NCBI RefSeq assembly: GCF_018350175.1
Contig: NC_058368.1
Location: 112,780,001-112,844,000 of the forward strand
Direction of reading: 5' to 3'
DNA: 64,000 nucleotides
Source of the DNA: Felis catus
Lineage: Eukaryota
A model generated the notes under the pieces. It saw only the letters and a list, made by a program, of their open reading frames with translations, made no database searches and had not been told where the DNA came from. The translations under genes and the position numbers were made by a program. Shown piece after piece: positions 1-11,660 of the stretch (positions within the stretch are counted from its first letter, which is position 1; each line of letters opens with the position of its first letter).

Positions 1-942
1 ACATACATACATGTGCAAATTTACGACACTAATAGCATAAAAACTGAGAGGTGGGAAATGAAAGAATGCTATTGTTAGGTTCTTATACTGTGTATGAAGT
101 GATATAATATTACTTGAAGATAAACCGTGGTAAGTTAAAGATATAAACTATAAACCCTAAAGAAACCACTAAAACAACATAGCAAACTAGTAAACCAACA
201 ATAGAAATTATAAAAAATACCCAATGCAAATAAATGCAGAAAAGGAAGAAAAGAGAAAAAGAAAACAAAGGAGACAATTAGAAAACAAATAGCAAGATGA
301 AAAACTTAATATGTTAATTAGCACATTCAGTGTAACTTCTCTAATTAAAAGGCATAGATTGTGAGATTGGATAAAAAAGGAAGACCCAATAATATGCTAT
401 TTACAAGAAATATGAAAACACATGTAAATCAAAAGTAAAAGAAGGGGGAAATATGTGTGTTGATAACAGTAATCAAAAGGAAGTTAGGGTGGTAGCATTA
501 ATATTACACAAAGTACATTTCAGAACAAAGAATATTATCAGGGGTAAAGAAGGTAATTTCATCATGATAAATAGGTTAGTATATCAAGAAGACATAGCAG
601 TCCTATAAGTTTATATACCTAATAACACAGCTTCCAAATACAGGAAGCAAAAACTGATAGAACCACAAAAAACAAAAACAAAAGCATAATTACAGTCAGA
701 TTTTATACCTCTATTCAAACATGCAGGCAAAAATTTATCAAAGACATAGTAGTCTTGAACAAAAGTATCAATCAACCTAACTTGATTGGCATTTATATAG
801 CTTTCTTAGCGTCAATAAAATTATTTTCAAGTGCACTCGGAACATTTACCAACATAGACCACCAGACCATAAAATAAGTCTTGATGAATTTAGAAGGATA
901 ACAATATGATAACTGATCATAATAGGATTAAATTAGAAGTCA

Positions 943-1164
943 GGGGTGCCTGAGTGTCAGTCGAGTGTCCCGCTTCAGCTCAAGTCATGATCTCATGGTT
1001 TGTGAGTTTGAGCCCTGCGTCGGGCTTTTTTGCGGACAGCTCAGAGCCTGGAGCCTGCTTAGGATTCTGTGTCTTCCTCTCTCTTTGTCTCTCTCCAGCT
1101 CATGCTCTGTCTCTCTCTCTCTCTCTCAAAAATAATAAATAAATATTAAAATTTTTTTAAAAAA
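943..1164 (+). mobile_element. Can-SINE (SINEC_Fc-like)
   Basis: ggggtgcctgagtg head, catgatctcatggtttgtgagtttgagccc, (CT)n tract, A-rich tail; inserted in the old L1. Confidence 0.93.
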
Positions 1165-1380
1165 GAAATCAATAACAGAACTCTGAAATATCTTTAAATG
1201 TTTAGAAACTGAATAAAATATTTTTAAATAACACATGGATCAAGGAATAAATCAGAAGAGAAATTAGAAAGTATTTCGAAAGAATTAAAAGAGCAATATG
1301 TGATGATTTGTGGGATGCTGCTAAAAAGTATTATAGTTGGTGTCATTTATAGGGCTAAACACCGATGTTAGGAAAAAGAT

Positions 1381-1604
1381 GGGGCACCTGGGTGGCTCAG
1401 TTGGTTAAGTGTCCAACATCAGCTCAGGTCATGATCTCATCGTTTGTGAGTTCAAGCCATGCGTCAGGCTTTGTGCTGACAGAGCCTGGAGCCTGTTTCA
1501 GATTCTGTGTCTCCTTCTCTCTATGCACCTCCCCCACTCACATTCTCTCTCTCTCTCTCAAAAATAAATAAACGTTAAAAAGATTAAAAAAATAAAAAAT
1601 AAAA
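1381..1604 (+). mobile_element. Can-SINE (SINEC_Fc-like)
   Basis: ggggcacctgggtggctcagttggttaag head (tRNA-derived A-box), (CT)n tract, poly-A tail. Confidence 0.95.
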
Positions 1605-3604
1605 TTTACAAATCAACGACATCAGGTATGATATGACCTTAAAAAAAAAAAAAAACGAAAACAGAAAAAAAGAGCAAATTAAATCAAAGTAAGGAGAAGA
1701 AAGGAAATAATAAAGTTCAAAGCAGAAATCGCTAAAAGTCAAAACAAAAAAAATAGATAAAAATCAAAATGAAATGAAAAGCATTTATTTTAGAAGATCA
1801 ATAAAATTAAACCTGAAGCCAGACTAATAAGGGGAAAAAAAGAGAAGACACATTTCAGGAATGAGAGAAATGACATCGCTGTAGATTCTACAGGAATCAA
1901 GTTAAAACGATGTTATAGGAATATTATCAAAAATGTTATGCCTACTAATCTGACACTTTAGATGAAATGGACAGTCCCCCAAATGACTCAAATTACCAGC
2001 ATTCATTCACTAAGAAACAGATAAAGTTGAATAATGCTATCCAATTTATAAATCTTAAGAGAACTGCCCATAAAGAAAAGTCACTGCTCTGATGGCTTTC
2101 TGGTGAATTATGCCAGACATTTAAGGAAGAAAGTTACACTAATCTTACATAAATTCTTTTAGAAAACTGAAAAGGAACGTTTCTCATTTAGTTCTACGAG
2201 GCTAGCATCAACCTGTTAGCAACATCAGAGAAAGTCATTACAAGAAAACTACAGACCAACGTTGTGAATATACACATAAGCATTCTAAACGAAATTTTAA
2301 AAGTTGTATTCAACAGTATCTAAAAAAGATTGGCTTTATGCCAGGAATTCAAAGTTGGTTTAATGTTAAAAAAAAATCAATGTAATTCATCATATTAACA
2401 AATCAAAACTGAAAAGCCAGATAATCAAGTCAATGTATGAGCAAAAGCAGTTGACAAAGTTCAAACTCTGTTCCTGATGAAAACTTTCATCAAAGTAGAA
2501 ATAGAATATAAGCTCCTCAACTGAAAAGATATGTACAGAAAAACCCTTAAAAAGACAAATACTTAATGGTGACAGACTGAAAGCTTTGAAAAGCACTGTA
2601 GGAGAATGAAAGAACAGCCCAGAATCTGAAAACATATATTCACAAAACCTGTATCTGATAAAGGGCTTTTATCCAGAATATACAGAGAACTCTGAAAACT
2701 CAAAAATAAGACAACAGCCCAATAAAAACATGGGTGAAATATTTAATCATACACTCCAGTGAAGAATGGCAAATAAGCACTTGAAAAACTGATCAACATA
2801 ATCATTAGGGAAATACAAGTGAGATATTACTACACACTGATTACAATAGGTAATATTAAATAGATTGACCATATCTAATGTTGGTGAGGATGCGGAGAAA
2901 CCGGAACTCTCATACACTGCTAGTGGGAATGTCATGGTGTGTGCATTTTGGAGAACAGTTTTTTCATTTCTTCAAAAGTCAGACGTTATTTACACCCTGT
3001 GAGTCAATCATTCTGCTCTTAGGTGTGGAACTCACCTGAGAGGTATCAAAGACTTGTATACAGATGTTCAGCACAGCTTTATTTGAAACGGTCTCAAGCT
3101 GGAAACAACCCAAATGTCTATCAGCAGCAAAAGGATAAACATATTGTGTTATATCCATCCAGTGGATTATTACTTACCGTAAAAATAATGAACTATACCT
3201 ACACACCGTTATGAGCCTCAAAATAATTATGCTGAGCAAAAACTTTTACACAAAAATAGAGCACATGCTGTGCCCTGCGTGGCTGTCAGTTGCCTGAGTT
3301 CATAGGTAGGGACGGAATGGGGAGGGACAGGACAGAAGGATTGCAAAGACATATGAGGCAACATCTGAGGTTGATGGATATGTGTTCATTATCTTGATTG
3401 TGGTAGTTGTTTTATGGCTGTACACATATGTCAAGATTTGTGAATCTGTACACTTGAAATAGATACAGTTTATCATGTCAGTTATGATGTAATAACAGTG
3501 TAAAACAAACAGCCCTAAGAGATTATTTTCATCCCCATATCTGTGAGGAGACTGATGATCAGAGGTAGTCTTCCTCAATGGCACACAGGGGAAAAAATTC
3601 TAGC

Positions 3605-3790
3605 TTATGTGCTTTATGTATTTTGACTTAATCCTTACAGCAACTCTCAAAGATATGTTTGCTGGTCCCACTTGACAACAAAGAAGAATGAGACTGATAG
3701 ACTTTAAGTAGCTTGTTCATGGTCTCACAATTTGTGGTTAAGGTAGGCTTTGAACCCATATCTCTGTCCCTCCAAAGCTATGTCTTCTTA
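3605..3790 (-). mobile_element. MIR SINE fragment
   Basis: ttaatccttacagcaactct...agtagcttgttcatggtctcaca...tttgaacccat...tccaaagc matches the reverse MIR core. Confidence 0.7.
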
Positions 3791-4157
3791 GTGCTGGGAA
3801 TCTTGATGTGTTTGAGCTCTACACATGATCTCTGAGTCCTTACACTTTAAAAAGAAAGAAAAATCACTACTGAGCCTTGAGCCTTCCACTTCCAAAGAAA
3901 TGCCTCTGGCTTTACCCAGAGAAGCATGTGTGAATCTCTCCTGCCCCAACACATGACAAATAATGTTTGTGTGTGAGGCACTATGTTTGGTATTTCTGAG
4001 ACTGTGAGCAGTTTCCTGCATACTAACTACACCTGCAGCCTTGCTGCAGCCTTTCTGTCATTCAAGAAAGCATTTTAGAAAACGGGTCGGTGAAAGTGAT
4101 GCCTTGTGAATTTAACTTTATAAAAGCAAGTAATTTATAAACTTCACTCACTAAAAA

Positions 4158-4640
4158 TAATAGCTACCATTTGTTGAGTGCCAGACACCCTCTGAACACT
4201 TTACATACATTATTCTATTTAATCTCAAAATGTGTAAGAGGCAGGTATTAATATTATCTTCTTGAAAAATGAGGAGGGGTGCGCTGCGTGGCTCAGTCGG
4301 TTAAGTGGCGGACTTGGGCTCAGGTCATGACCTCGCGGTTCACTAGTTTAAGTTCCATATTGGGCTCTGTGCTGACAGTTTGGAACCTGGAACCTGCTTC
4401 AGATTCTGTGTCTCCCTCTCTCTCTGCTGCTCCCCTGCTCGTGCTCTGTCTGTCTCTCTCTCTCTCTCTCTCAAAAAAAAAATACATTGAAAAAATTAAA
4501 AGAAAAAAAAGAAAATGAGGAAACTGAAGCTCAGAGAGGTTAATGTCACTTTCCCAAGGTCATGTAGCCAATTGGTGGGGAATCCAAGTAAAAATTAGTC
4601 TACCTCTAGAATATGCTTGTCTTCCATGCTAAATTGCCTC
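4158..4640 (-). mobile_element. MIR SINE split by a Can-SINE insertion
   Basis: atagctaccatttgttgagtgccag...tttaatctc before the SINE; atgaggaaactgaagctcagagaggttaa...cccaaggtca after it. Confidence 0.8.
4276..4511 (+). mobile_element. Can-SINE (SINEC_Fc-like) with TSD
   Basis: Canonical head, body and tail; aaaatgagga duplicated on both sides. Confidence 0.95.
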
Positions 4641-5333
4641 CTAGTATTTTAAGTCTTATTTAAAGTATTTCTGATGGTGAGTGATTTCAGACATAGTTGA
4701 TGGTAGGTCATGACAACCTGTGGTACTTGATCTGTGCCATGGAGAGGACTCTGGATGGGCCACAATGCCCAACAACCTCACACGGGACTCTAAACCCCGG
4801 CAATGCCCTGCAGGCTCCTTAGGAGAAGGAGGTCTAGAACACCAGTTTGATTAAGAAGAATTAGCTCAGCCGGGGGAGGTGAAGCACCAGTGACCCCTTT
4901 GGGATTGCTGATTTTATCACTGTTAGGATGGATTAGGGAAGCACAGCAGATGGCGTTATCTCTGTGAAAGCTTAGAAAATGATGTCAGCACCTTTCCCGT
5001 CTTCTGTGCACACTCTGAAGTGAACAGGTCCAATTCCTCAAATTGGAGAGGAGCAAGCCTAGCTGGAACTTTTCTCTCAGAATGACAGAGCCTCCTGCTT
5101 CGGCTCCCTGCTGCTTCTGCAACAACCTAATTTACAGAACATTTAAAAAATTCACCACAATTAATAATTAATGCATGGTCTTTAAATATTGAAAACACAA
5201 GGTAACAATGCCAAAGAGTCTTTAAAACATTAAGGATTAATTACCAGATGCATGATAGGAAGCAGTCTTTTTCACATTTTTTATTTGTTTTGTTGTCAGC
5301 GGTGGGACCCATTTTCAAACAAAATTTCACACA

Positions 5334-5334
5334 T

Positions 5335-5369
<35 letters not shown>

Positions 5370-5440
5370 TTATTTTAGGGAGAGAGAGTGCACATGTGCA
5401 AGTTGGGGAGGGCCATAGCATGAGATAAAGAGAGAAAAAT

Positions 5441-5495
<55 letters not shown>

Positions 5496-5604
5496 TCCTC
5501 GCCATGGAACCTGAAGTAGAACTGGATTCCATGCCCCTGGGATCGTGACCTGAGCTGAAATCAAGAGTCAGCCGCTCAACTGACTGAGCCACCCAGCCAC
5601 CCCT
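5334..5604 (-). mobile_element. Can-SINE with (ATTT)n tail and expanded (GA)n microsatellite
   Basis: Reverse head tgacctgagctgaaatcaagagtcagccgctcaactgactgagccaccca; (GA)n about 5443-5488; (ATTT)n about 5334-5373. Confidence 0.93.
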
Positions 5605-6068
5605 CATGCATTAAAACAGTTAAAAAAAGCTTTTTATTAATACAGATTGATTTTATGTCTTACCATTCATTCATCCGTTTCTACAGTCAATCAGTGTATC
5701 TGCTTTAATAATACAAATATTTGAAATCGGGCATTATGGTGGTACCTCCAGGCTCACACTCATGGCCCATCTTATAAAACTAGAACCAAACCCTGGTGGG
5801 ATTTGGCAGCATAATGCAGATTGTTTTGTGAGATGGTTTGATAGCTATAGGTATTGACCAAAATGTTGAATGATGCTAACAGGAAAGCGATTCCTGTGGT
5901 TGGAGAATCCAGAAAAGGCTCAAGAAGGAGTTGGTATTGGAATGAACCTTCAAGGTAGAGAAGGGAGTTTTGGGGAAAGGGATGGGGCTGGGGTGGGGGG
6001 TCCACATAAATGATCTTTGTCTTATGTCCTCTTCTGTACTTTGCCCAATGCTCAGTACCTGCTTTCTT

Positions 6069-6591
6069 TTTCTTTTCTTTTTTTTTTAATATGAAATTTA
6101 TTGTCAAATTGGTTTCCATACAACACCCAGTGCTCATCCCAAAAGGTGCCCTCCTCAACACCCATCACCCACCCTCCCCTCCCTCCCACCCATCAACCCT
6201 CAGTTTGTTCTCAGTTTTTTTTTCAATATATGAAGTTTATTGTAAAATTGGTTTCCATACAACACTCAGTGCTCATCCCAAAAGGTGCCCTCCTCAACAC
6301 CCATCACCCACCCTCCCCTCCCTCCCACCCCGCATCAACCCTCAGTTTGTTCTCAGTTTTTAAGAGTCTCTTATGCTTTGGCTCTCTCCTACTCTAACCT
6401 CTTTTTTTTTTTTCTTCCCCTCCGCCATGGGTTTCTGTTAAGTTTCTCAGGATCCACATAAGAGTGAAAACATATGGTATCTGTCTTTCTCTGTATGGCT
6501 TATTTCACTTAGCATCACACTCTCCAGTTCCATCCACGTTGCTACAAAAGGCCATATTTCATTCTTAACATTGCTACATAGTATTCCATTG
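6069..6591 (-). mobile_element. 5'-truncated carnivore/felid LINE-1 3' end with the terminal ~140 bp duplicated
   Basis: Poly-T, L1 3' UTR twice, then ORF2 C-terminus (NEIWPFVATWMELESVMLSEIS); TSD tcagtacct(g/a)ctttctt at 6052-6068 and 6592-6608. Confidence 0.95.
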
Positions 6592-7527
6592 TCAGTACCT
6601 ACTTTCTTACTGAATGGGGTGCCTGGTGAGGGACAAGGGCACAAAGGGTAAAACAAGAGTTTATTTCTCCCCAGTTTCAAAAGGATCATTAAGTCATGCC
6701 CAAGGCTGCCATGTTCCTTTGGTTAATAAACCGTTTGTTAGAACTTCATTGTGAATTCACAGGGTTTCATTGGGACTGTGTGTTTGATTTGGGAGCAGCC
6801 TGGAAAATGAGCACCCCATAGGCATGAACTACCTGCTTCGACTCTTCCGCACGGGCCCCCCGAAGTGGATGTTTTGACCAATTGATGTGCTGGTTGATTT
6901 TCTTTTTTGCGGGTTTCCTTGTAGTCATCCCAGAACCTTGGATAAGCACTTGGTTCTTAACTCTTTAGGCCATTACCGTATCTATTGAGATTCTTCAAAT
7001 GAATACACCTAGCTCCTCTTAGGTGCAGATACTGAGCTGGGTGCTTTAAGGACATCCAGGAGTTGGGAGGGTGGGTGAGGACACAGGCATCGAGGAAGGT
7101 ACAAAGACAGTTCAACATAATTGGTTTAACTACAATAGGGAGCTGTGACAAGGCACAGAATGATTAATTGCCAAGTGAATTATGCCGACAGTCGATGCTC
7201 CAAGGGTTCAAAAGAGGAAGGCAAGAATTGTCAGGGAATGATTTACAGAGGATGTGGGAAGAGGGGTTTGGATCATGGAGAGGGTTTAACCATCAGAGGG
7301 TGCCCTGAACAGGCCGATGAGAAACTTGGAGGGCAGTGTGTGCTCCGTTTTCAGCAAGCAATGGGAAAACTGGCTGGACAGGGGAGGAAAAAAATTTTCA
7401 ACGTCAAACATCAACAAGAAAGCAGTGACAATGAACATTTACTGAACATGTAATTTTTGTCATACATAGAGCTAAGCATATAAATGACCATAATCTAAGT
7501 TAATTCTCATAAAATATTATGAAGAAT

Positions 7528-7672
7528 TCAGGGTCTGCTACCCTGTGCAGTGGTTTTGGGCATTGAAAAAATAGCACCCCTTGGACAGAGATACATCTCA
7601 TGGGAGCATGACTTCCAGTGACTGAACAACTTTGTGCAGCGCACAACTTGCTCAACTGTACATGGGGGGAGA
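7528..7672. mobile_element. MER91-like (hAT-Tip100) DNA transposon relic
   Basis: Terminal motif tgtgcagcgcacaacttgctcaactgtacatgg resembles the MER91 end; caggg at the opposite end. Confidence 0.55.
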
Positions 7673-8994
7673 AACAGTCATCACATTTGCTCCACATATT
7701 GGAACTTACATGTCATGTGTATATTAACTGTGTTACTCCTCATAACTGTCCATGAAGAATGTGCTATTCATTTCCCTATTCCATGCAATTCTACTTTGGG
7801 GGGATGGTACTGGTAGAGGGAGTTGAAACCAAATTGTGGAATGTCTTCACTGTAGGCTTGGGAAATAGGATCTTCTTCTGTGGGCTTAGGAGACTTTCAT
7901 TCCAGTCGCTTGGTAAAATCTCTGGCAAAGCTGTCCCATTTTCCCAGCCTTCAAGGCTTAGCCAGGACAGGCTCCCTCACACCCGTACCAGGTTCTTGCT
8001 GACAGCACGTTCGTGTTCTTCATCCTGTCCCTTCTTTCTGAAGTCCACCCTCCAGCCTCTTGCTTCTCATCATTGCAGTCACTGGCCTCACTGGATGCCC
8101 CCACTTAAGGCCTGGGCAGTGAGCTCTCATGTCACTGTACACACAGGCCCCTCAAAGGCAAGGGCAGTCTCACTTTCTGGGCCCTCACAGCACTAACCAC
8201 GGACCTGTGGACTTAGCAGCTGTTGTGGACATTTCCAAGGAACTCTCCCTTCTCCTTCCATCTGCTCAGTTTAAAGAGCTCAACCTCTTTGGCTGATCTA
8301 GCTTCTGGGGACTCATAGTTGCACACTGGGTGTCCTACTCCCTCTGATGCTCATCTTCCCTTGTTTCTCTGCTACTGTTTATCTCCTGTTGCTGGCTGCC
8401 AGGCTCTTGGATGCAGCTGGATTCTGACAAACTTGTAGGTTTGTACGTTTGTTCCCTGGTTTGAATCATTGCTGAGTATCCGTTGCTTTTTCAGCCTCAC
8501 TTCTTCAGACAAGAGGGATGAAATTTTGGCTTCTCTCCTCCAGTCTGGTTGCACTAATCAAATCACCTGCAGAAGAGAGACCTTGGCACTTCTTGTCCTA
8601 GACAGGGGCCATTGTTTTAGCTGGCCCATACCCATATGGCCATACGTGGAGTTATGATGTTGAAATATTTCTGTACTTATTGGTCAATTGCACCTGCTAC
8701 AAACTCTTCATGGCCTCCCTCCTCTGCCACACTGCTTGCCCTGTCCTGTCCCAGGTGCCCAACCCCCCCAGCCCCCTAGTCCAGCAACTGAAGAGTTAGT
8801 GCTAAGACCGCAGGGCCCTAAGACTGGCCTCAGGTCTCGCTGGCTAGTCCAGGGCAACATGGAGAGTTGTTCAGTATTTTGATTTTCACTCCTCCTTCCA
8901 GCCAAGGAGAGCCCAGCTTACCTTCTAACACCAGGCTTCTGGAAATAGGAGGAACGTGTTCCATAGAGGAAAAGCTTTTGTTCCAGGTGAAGTG

Positions 8995-9225
8995 GGAGCT
9001 ATTGTTTATTAAATGCTCACTCTTTATCAGGTCCTGTGCTAAGCACTTTACCTGAAACACTTTATTTAATTCTTACAAAATCCTTTGTGAGGCCCCTCGT
9101 AATGTTGTGTCCACTTTTTTATTGAGGAAGAAAAAGGCTCATAGAGATTGAGAACTTTCTCAGGACTGGCAACTGGTAAACTGGGATTTGAACCTGGGTC
9201 TTTCAGACTGCAAGACCATGCACTG
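8995..9225 (-). mobile_element. MIR SINE
   Basis: tgtgctaagcactttac...atttaattcttacaaaatcctttgtgagg...gggatttgaacctgggtct. Confidence 0.8.
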
Positions 9226-9454
9226 GGATTTGAATAGTCTCCATTTCAGCTAAACCTTTCTCACGAGATTCAAAGCGTACCCCGAGGAGGACCGCCTTCG
9301 TTCATATTGGTCCTCCTTGTGGGCTGCTTTCATCCTGGTAAGCATACTTGGGTGTGGTGAAACACTGCAGGTCACTCTTAATAAAATTTGTCAGGGAGAG
9401 ACCCTCCTGTTCTCATCTGAATGACACCATTCCATCCATTTGGAAAGCCTGCAT

Positions 9455-9969
9455 GTGGCAGATTCTTTAAAATAGCATCCGGTGAATTATGTCTTTTTGG
9501 TGTCTTGCAATGTGACTTTGCCATTTCACCCATTGCTTCGTGGGGTCTTTTTTTTCCCTCCCTTGAATCTGGACTGACCCTGTGACTCGTTTTGGGAAAG
9601 ACAACATAGTAGTTATGATGTTCTAGTATTTGGAAGCCCAGATGTTAAGAAGCCATGTAGCTTCTGTCTATTTTAAAACCCAGCCCACCCTGTAAAGAAA
9701 TCCAGGTCATCTTGCTCTAGGGAGGCCAAGTGGAGAGGGAGGTCACCTAGAGGAGAACCAAGACATCCAAGCCCATGGCCAGCACCAAGTAGATGAGGCT
9801 TTCTTGGGTTTCTGTTGCTAGTTCAGTCATCCTAGCTGACTCCGTGTAGAGCAAACACAAGCCATACACACTGAGCCTGGCCAACCCACACTCTAAGCAG
9901 TGCAATGGCTGTTGTTTAAGCCACTGACTCCTGAAGTGGCTTGGGATGCATCAATAGATAAGTGATATA
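9455..9969 (+). mobile_element. MaLR solo LTR (MLT1 family)
   Basis: tgtggcaga start; gcaatgtgactttgcc...cccttgaatctggactgaccctgtgact; 3' gttgtttaagccactga...atagataagtgatata. Confidence 0.8.
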
Positions 9970-11209
9970 GTACGTAAAGGGACAGAAAAATTCTACGTAA
10001 AAGTCAAGGCCCAAGAAAATATTTCATAATTGCTAACTCTTTATAAATATAGACAGACTTAACAACATCTCTGCTCTTTGAATGCACATGCAAGAAGAAA
10101 GCATAAATGTCAAAATCCACAAGATAATGTGGATATGCCTCTCGGTTGCTTTCTTTGCAACAGGTGTTTGGACATGTCACAGATCATCATACGTATGTAC
10201 ATTGTACAGATATGCACTTTTAATTAAACTCTGCAAGCACTTATTTAACACCTACTGTAAGCAAAGGCAGAGTCATATCTGTGTAAGCAGAGAGAGTGAC
10301 TGAAAAAAAAATCAGATCTATTAAAATTCCCAAAAGACTTCAAAGAATACATTTCATCTCCATGTTATTTGGAACCACTAAAGAGTTCTCATATTTTATG
10401 ATGCCAGGTTCTGTAGTAGCAGTTATTTAGTGAAGTCTTCATAAATATTTGTTGAATGGATTAATTAATGATTAGAGAAGCTGAAAAAAGGGAGCTTTAG
10501 GGAAGGAGAATGAGAAGAAGAATCAAGAAGGTTGTGGAAGGTGAGGAGCAAGATAATCTAAACACGTAATCATCAGTCTCTGGGGTGATGGAATTGGCTG
10601 AGCCTTTCTCAGTCAGGAAGTTTGTTCTCTCCCAGAAAGAGCTTCCATACCTTAGGGACTTCAGACCCCAGGCTGGAGGGAAACTGAGCTTGGGTTGCTA
10701 TGGCAGTGTGGGACAACTGAGCATGAATTTTAGCTGTGTTTGGTGTGTGGTTGTGTAGTCCTGACCTCTGTCCTGGACAGACCACCCTTGAGGTTATATG
10801 TGCAATTGTGGACCTTCAAGTTCTAGGGGACAAAATCAGAGGAATGCAGAAGTGGGTAGTCAGCATCTGGAAAAGTCCTAGGAATGTCTGATGGGATAAA
10901 GAGTTGAAGAGTCTGAGATATTTGGTTTTTAAGAATGGCTCACTGCTCTGCATGACCTCAGAGGGCAGAAGGTAGACCAGCACACAGAAGTTACCTCTCT
11001 ACAGGATACATAAATACATTACTAAGCGGGGAAGGAGCAGCAGATCCCAAGGCAGACTTTGTCCTCAAGAAATATATTTAGATTCTTTTAGCTATTTTAT
11101 GGACCAAAGAAGTATGGCTTTACAGCAGGGTCGAAGATGAAGACATCTGAGGGGAGCCTGGGAGAGAGGAAGACATCCTTACCCAGGGGAGGAAGAGCAG
11201 AGATTCTGA

Positions 11210-11385
11210 AGCCAGATGGCCAGGGACTTAGCCTCTCCTTGATTCCATTTCCATGTGTATAAATGGGAATGATAATAGAACCTGCCATGTTGGGTTGTTT
11301 GAGGATTAAATGGGTTAATATTTGTAATCACTTAGTACCCTGTTTGTACCAAGTGATCACTTCAGGAGTGCAAGCTGTTATTGTC
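11210..11385 (+). mobile_element. MIR SINE
   Basis: tgtataaatgggaatgataatagaacctgcc...ggttgtttgaggattaaatgggttaata. Confidence 0.8.
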
Positions 11386-11444
11386 AAATTCCTACAAGAG
11401 GTAAGGAAGCATCAGTCTGTTAGCCGGGTTGCCTTCTCTCCTTT

Positions 11445-11660
11445 CACAGGGCACGATGTTTCACAGTGCGCAAAGCTCTTTTACATGTAGCAGCTGGTTT
11501 GGTCCCCACAGTGACTGTGCGCTATAGACAGGGTCCATACTATTATCTCCAGGAGAGAGATGGGAAAACAGGGTCAGGGTCAGGGTCATGAGTGACTTAG
11601 AAAGTGAGTAAGGCTGAGTTTAAGTTTTTTGTCTAAGTCTAGTGGTTATTCCCTTGCACC
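11445..11660 (-). mobile_element. MIR SINE (diverged)
   Basis: tttcacagtgcgcaaagctcttttacat...tactattatctcc...gatgggaaaacag. Confidence 0.6.

Larger units (their letters stand above)
1..3505 (+). mobile_element. Ancient LINE-1 (L1M, probably L1MD/L1ME-type) remnant: degraded ORF2 and 3' UTR, runs off the left window edge, interrupted by two SINEs
   Basis: A-rich sequence with decayed ORF2 landmarks (ggataaaaaaggaagacccaataatatgc, gatgaaatggacag, gatggctttctggtgaatta, ggaattcaaagttggtttaat). The 3' end tcttgattgtggt...tacacatatgtcaag...gtacacttgaaata...tttatcatgtcagttat resembles L1MD/ME ends. No intact ORF. Confidence 0.85.

Noticed and set aside
7759..8196. 145-aa plus-strand ORF
   Set aside because: No recognisable homology, non-ATG start, and it overlaps probable L2-derived sequence
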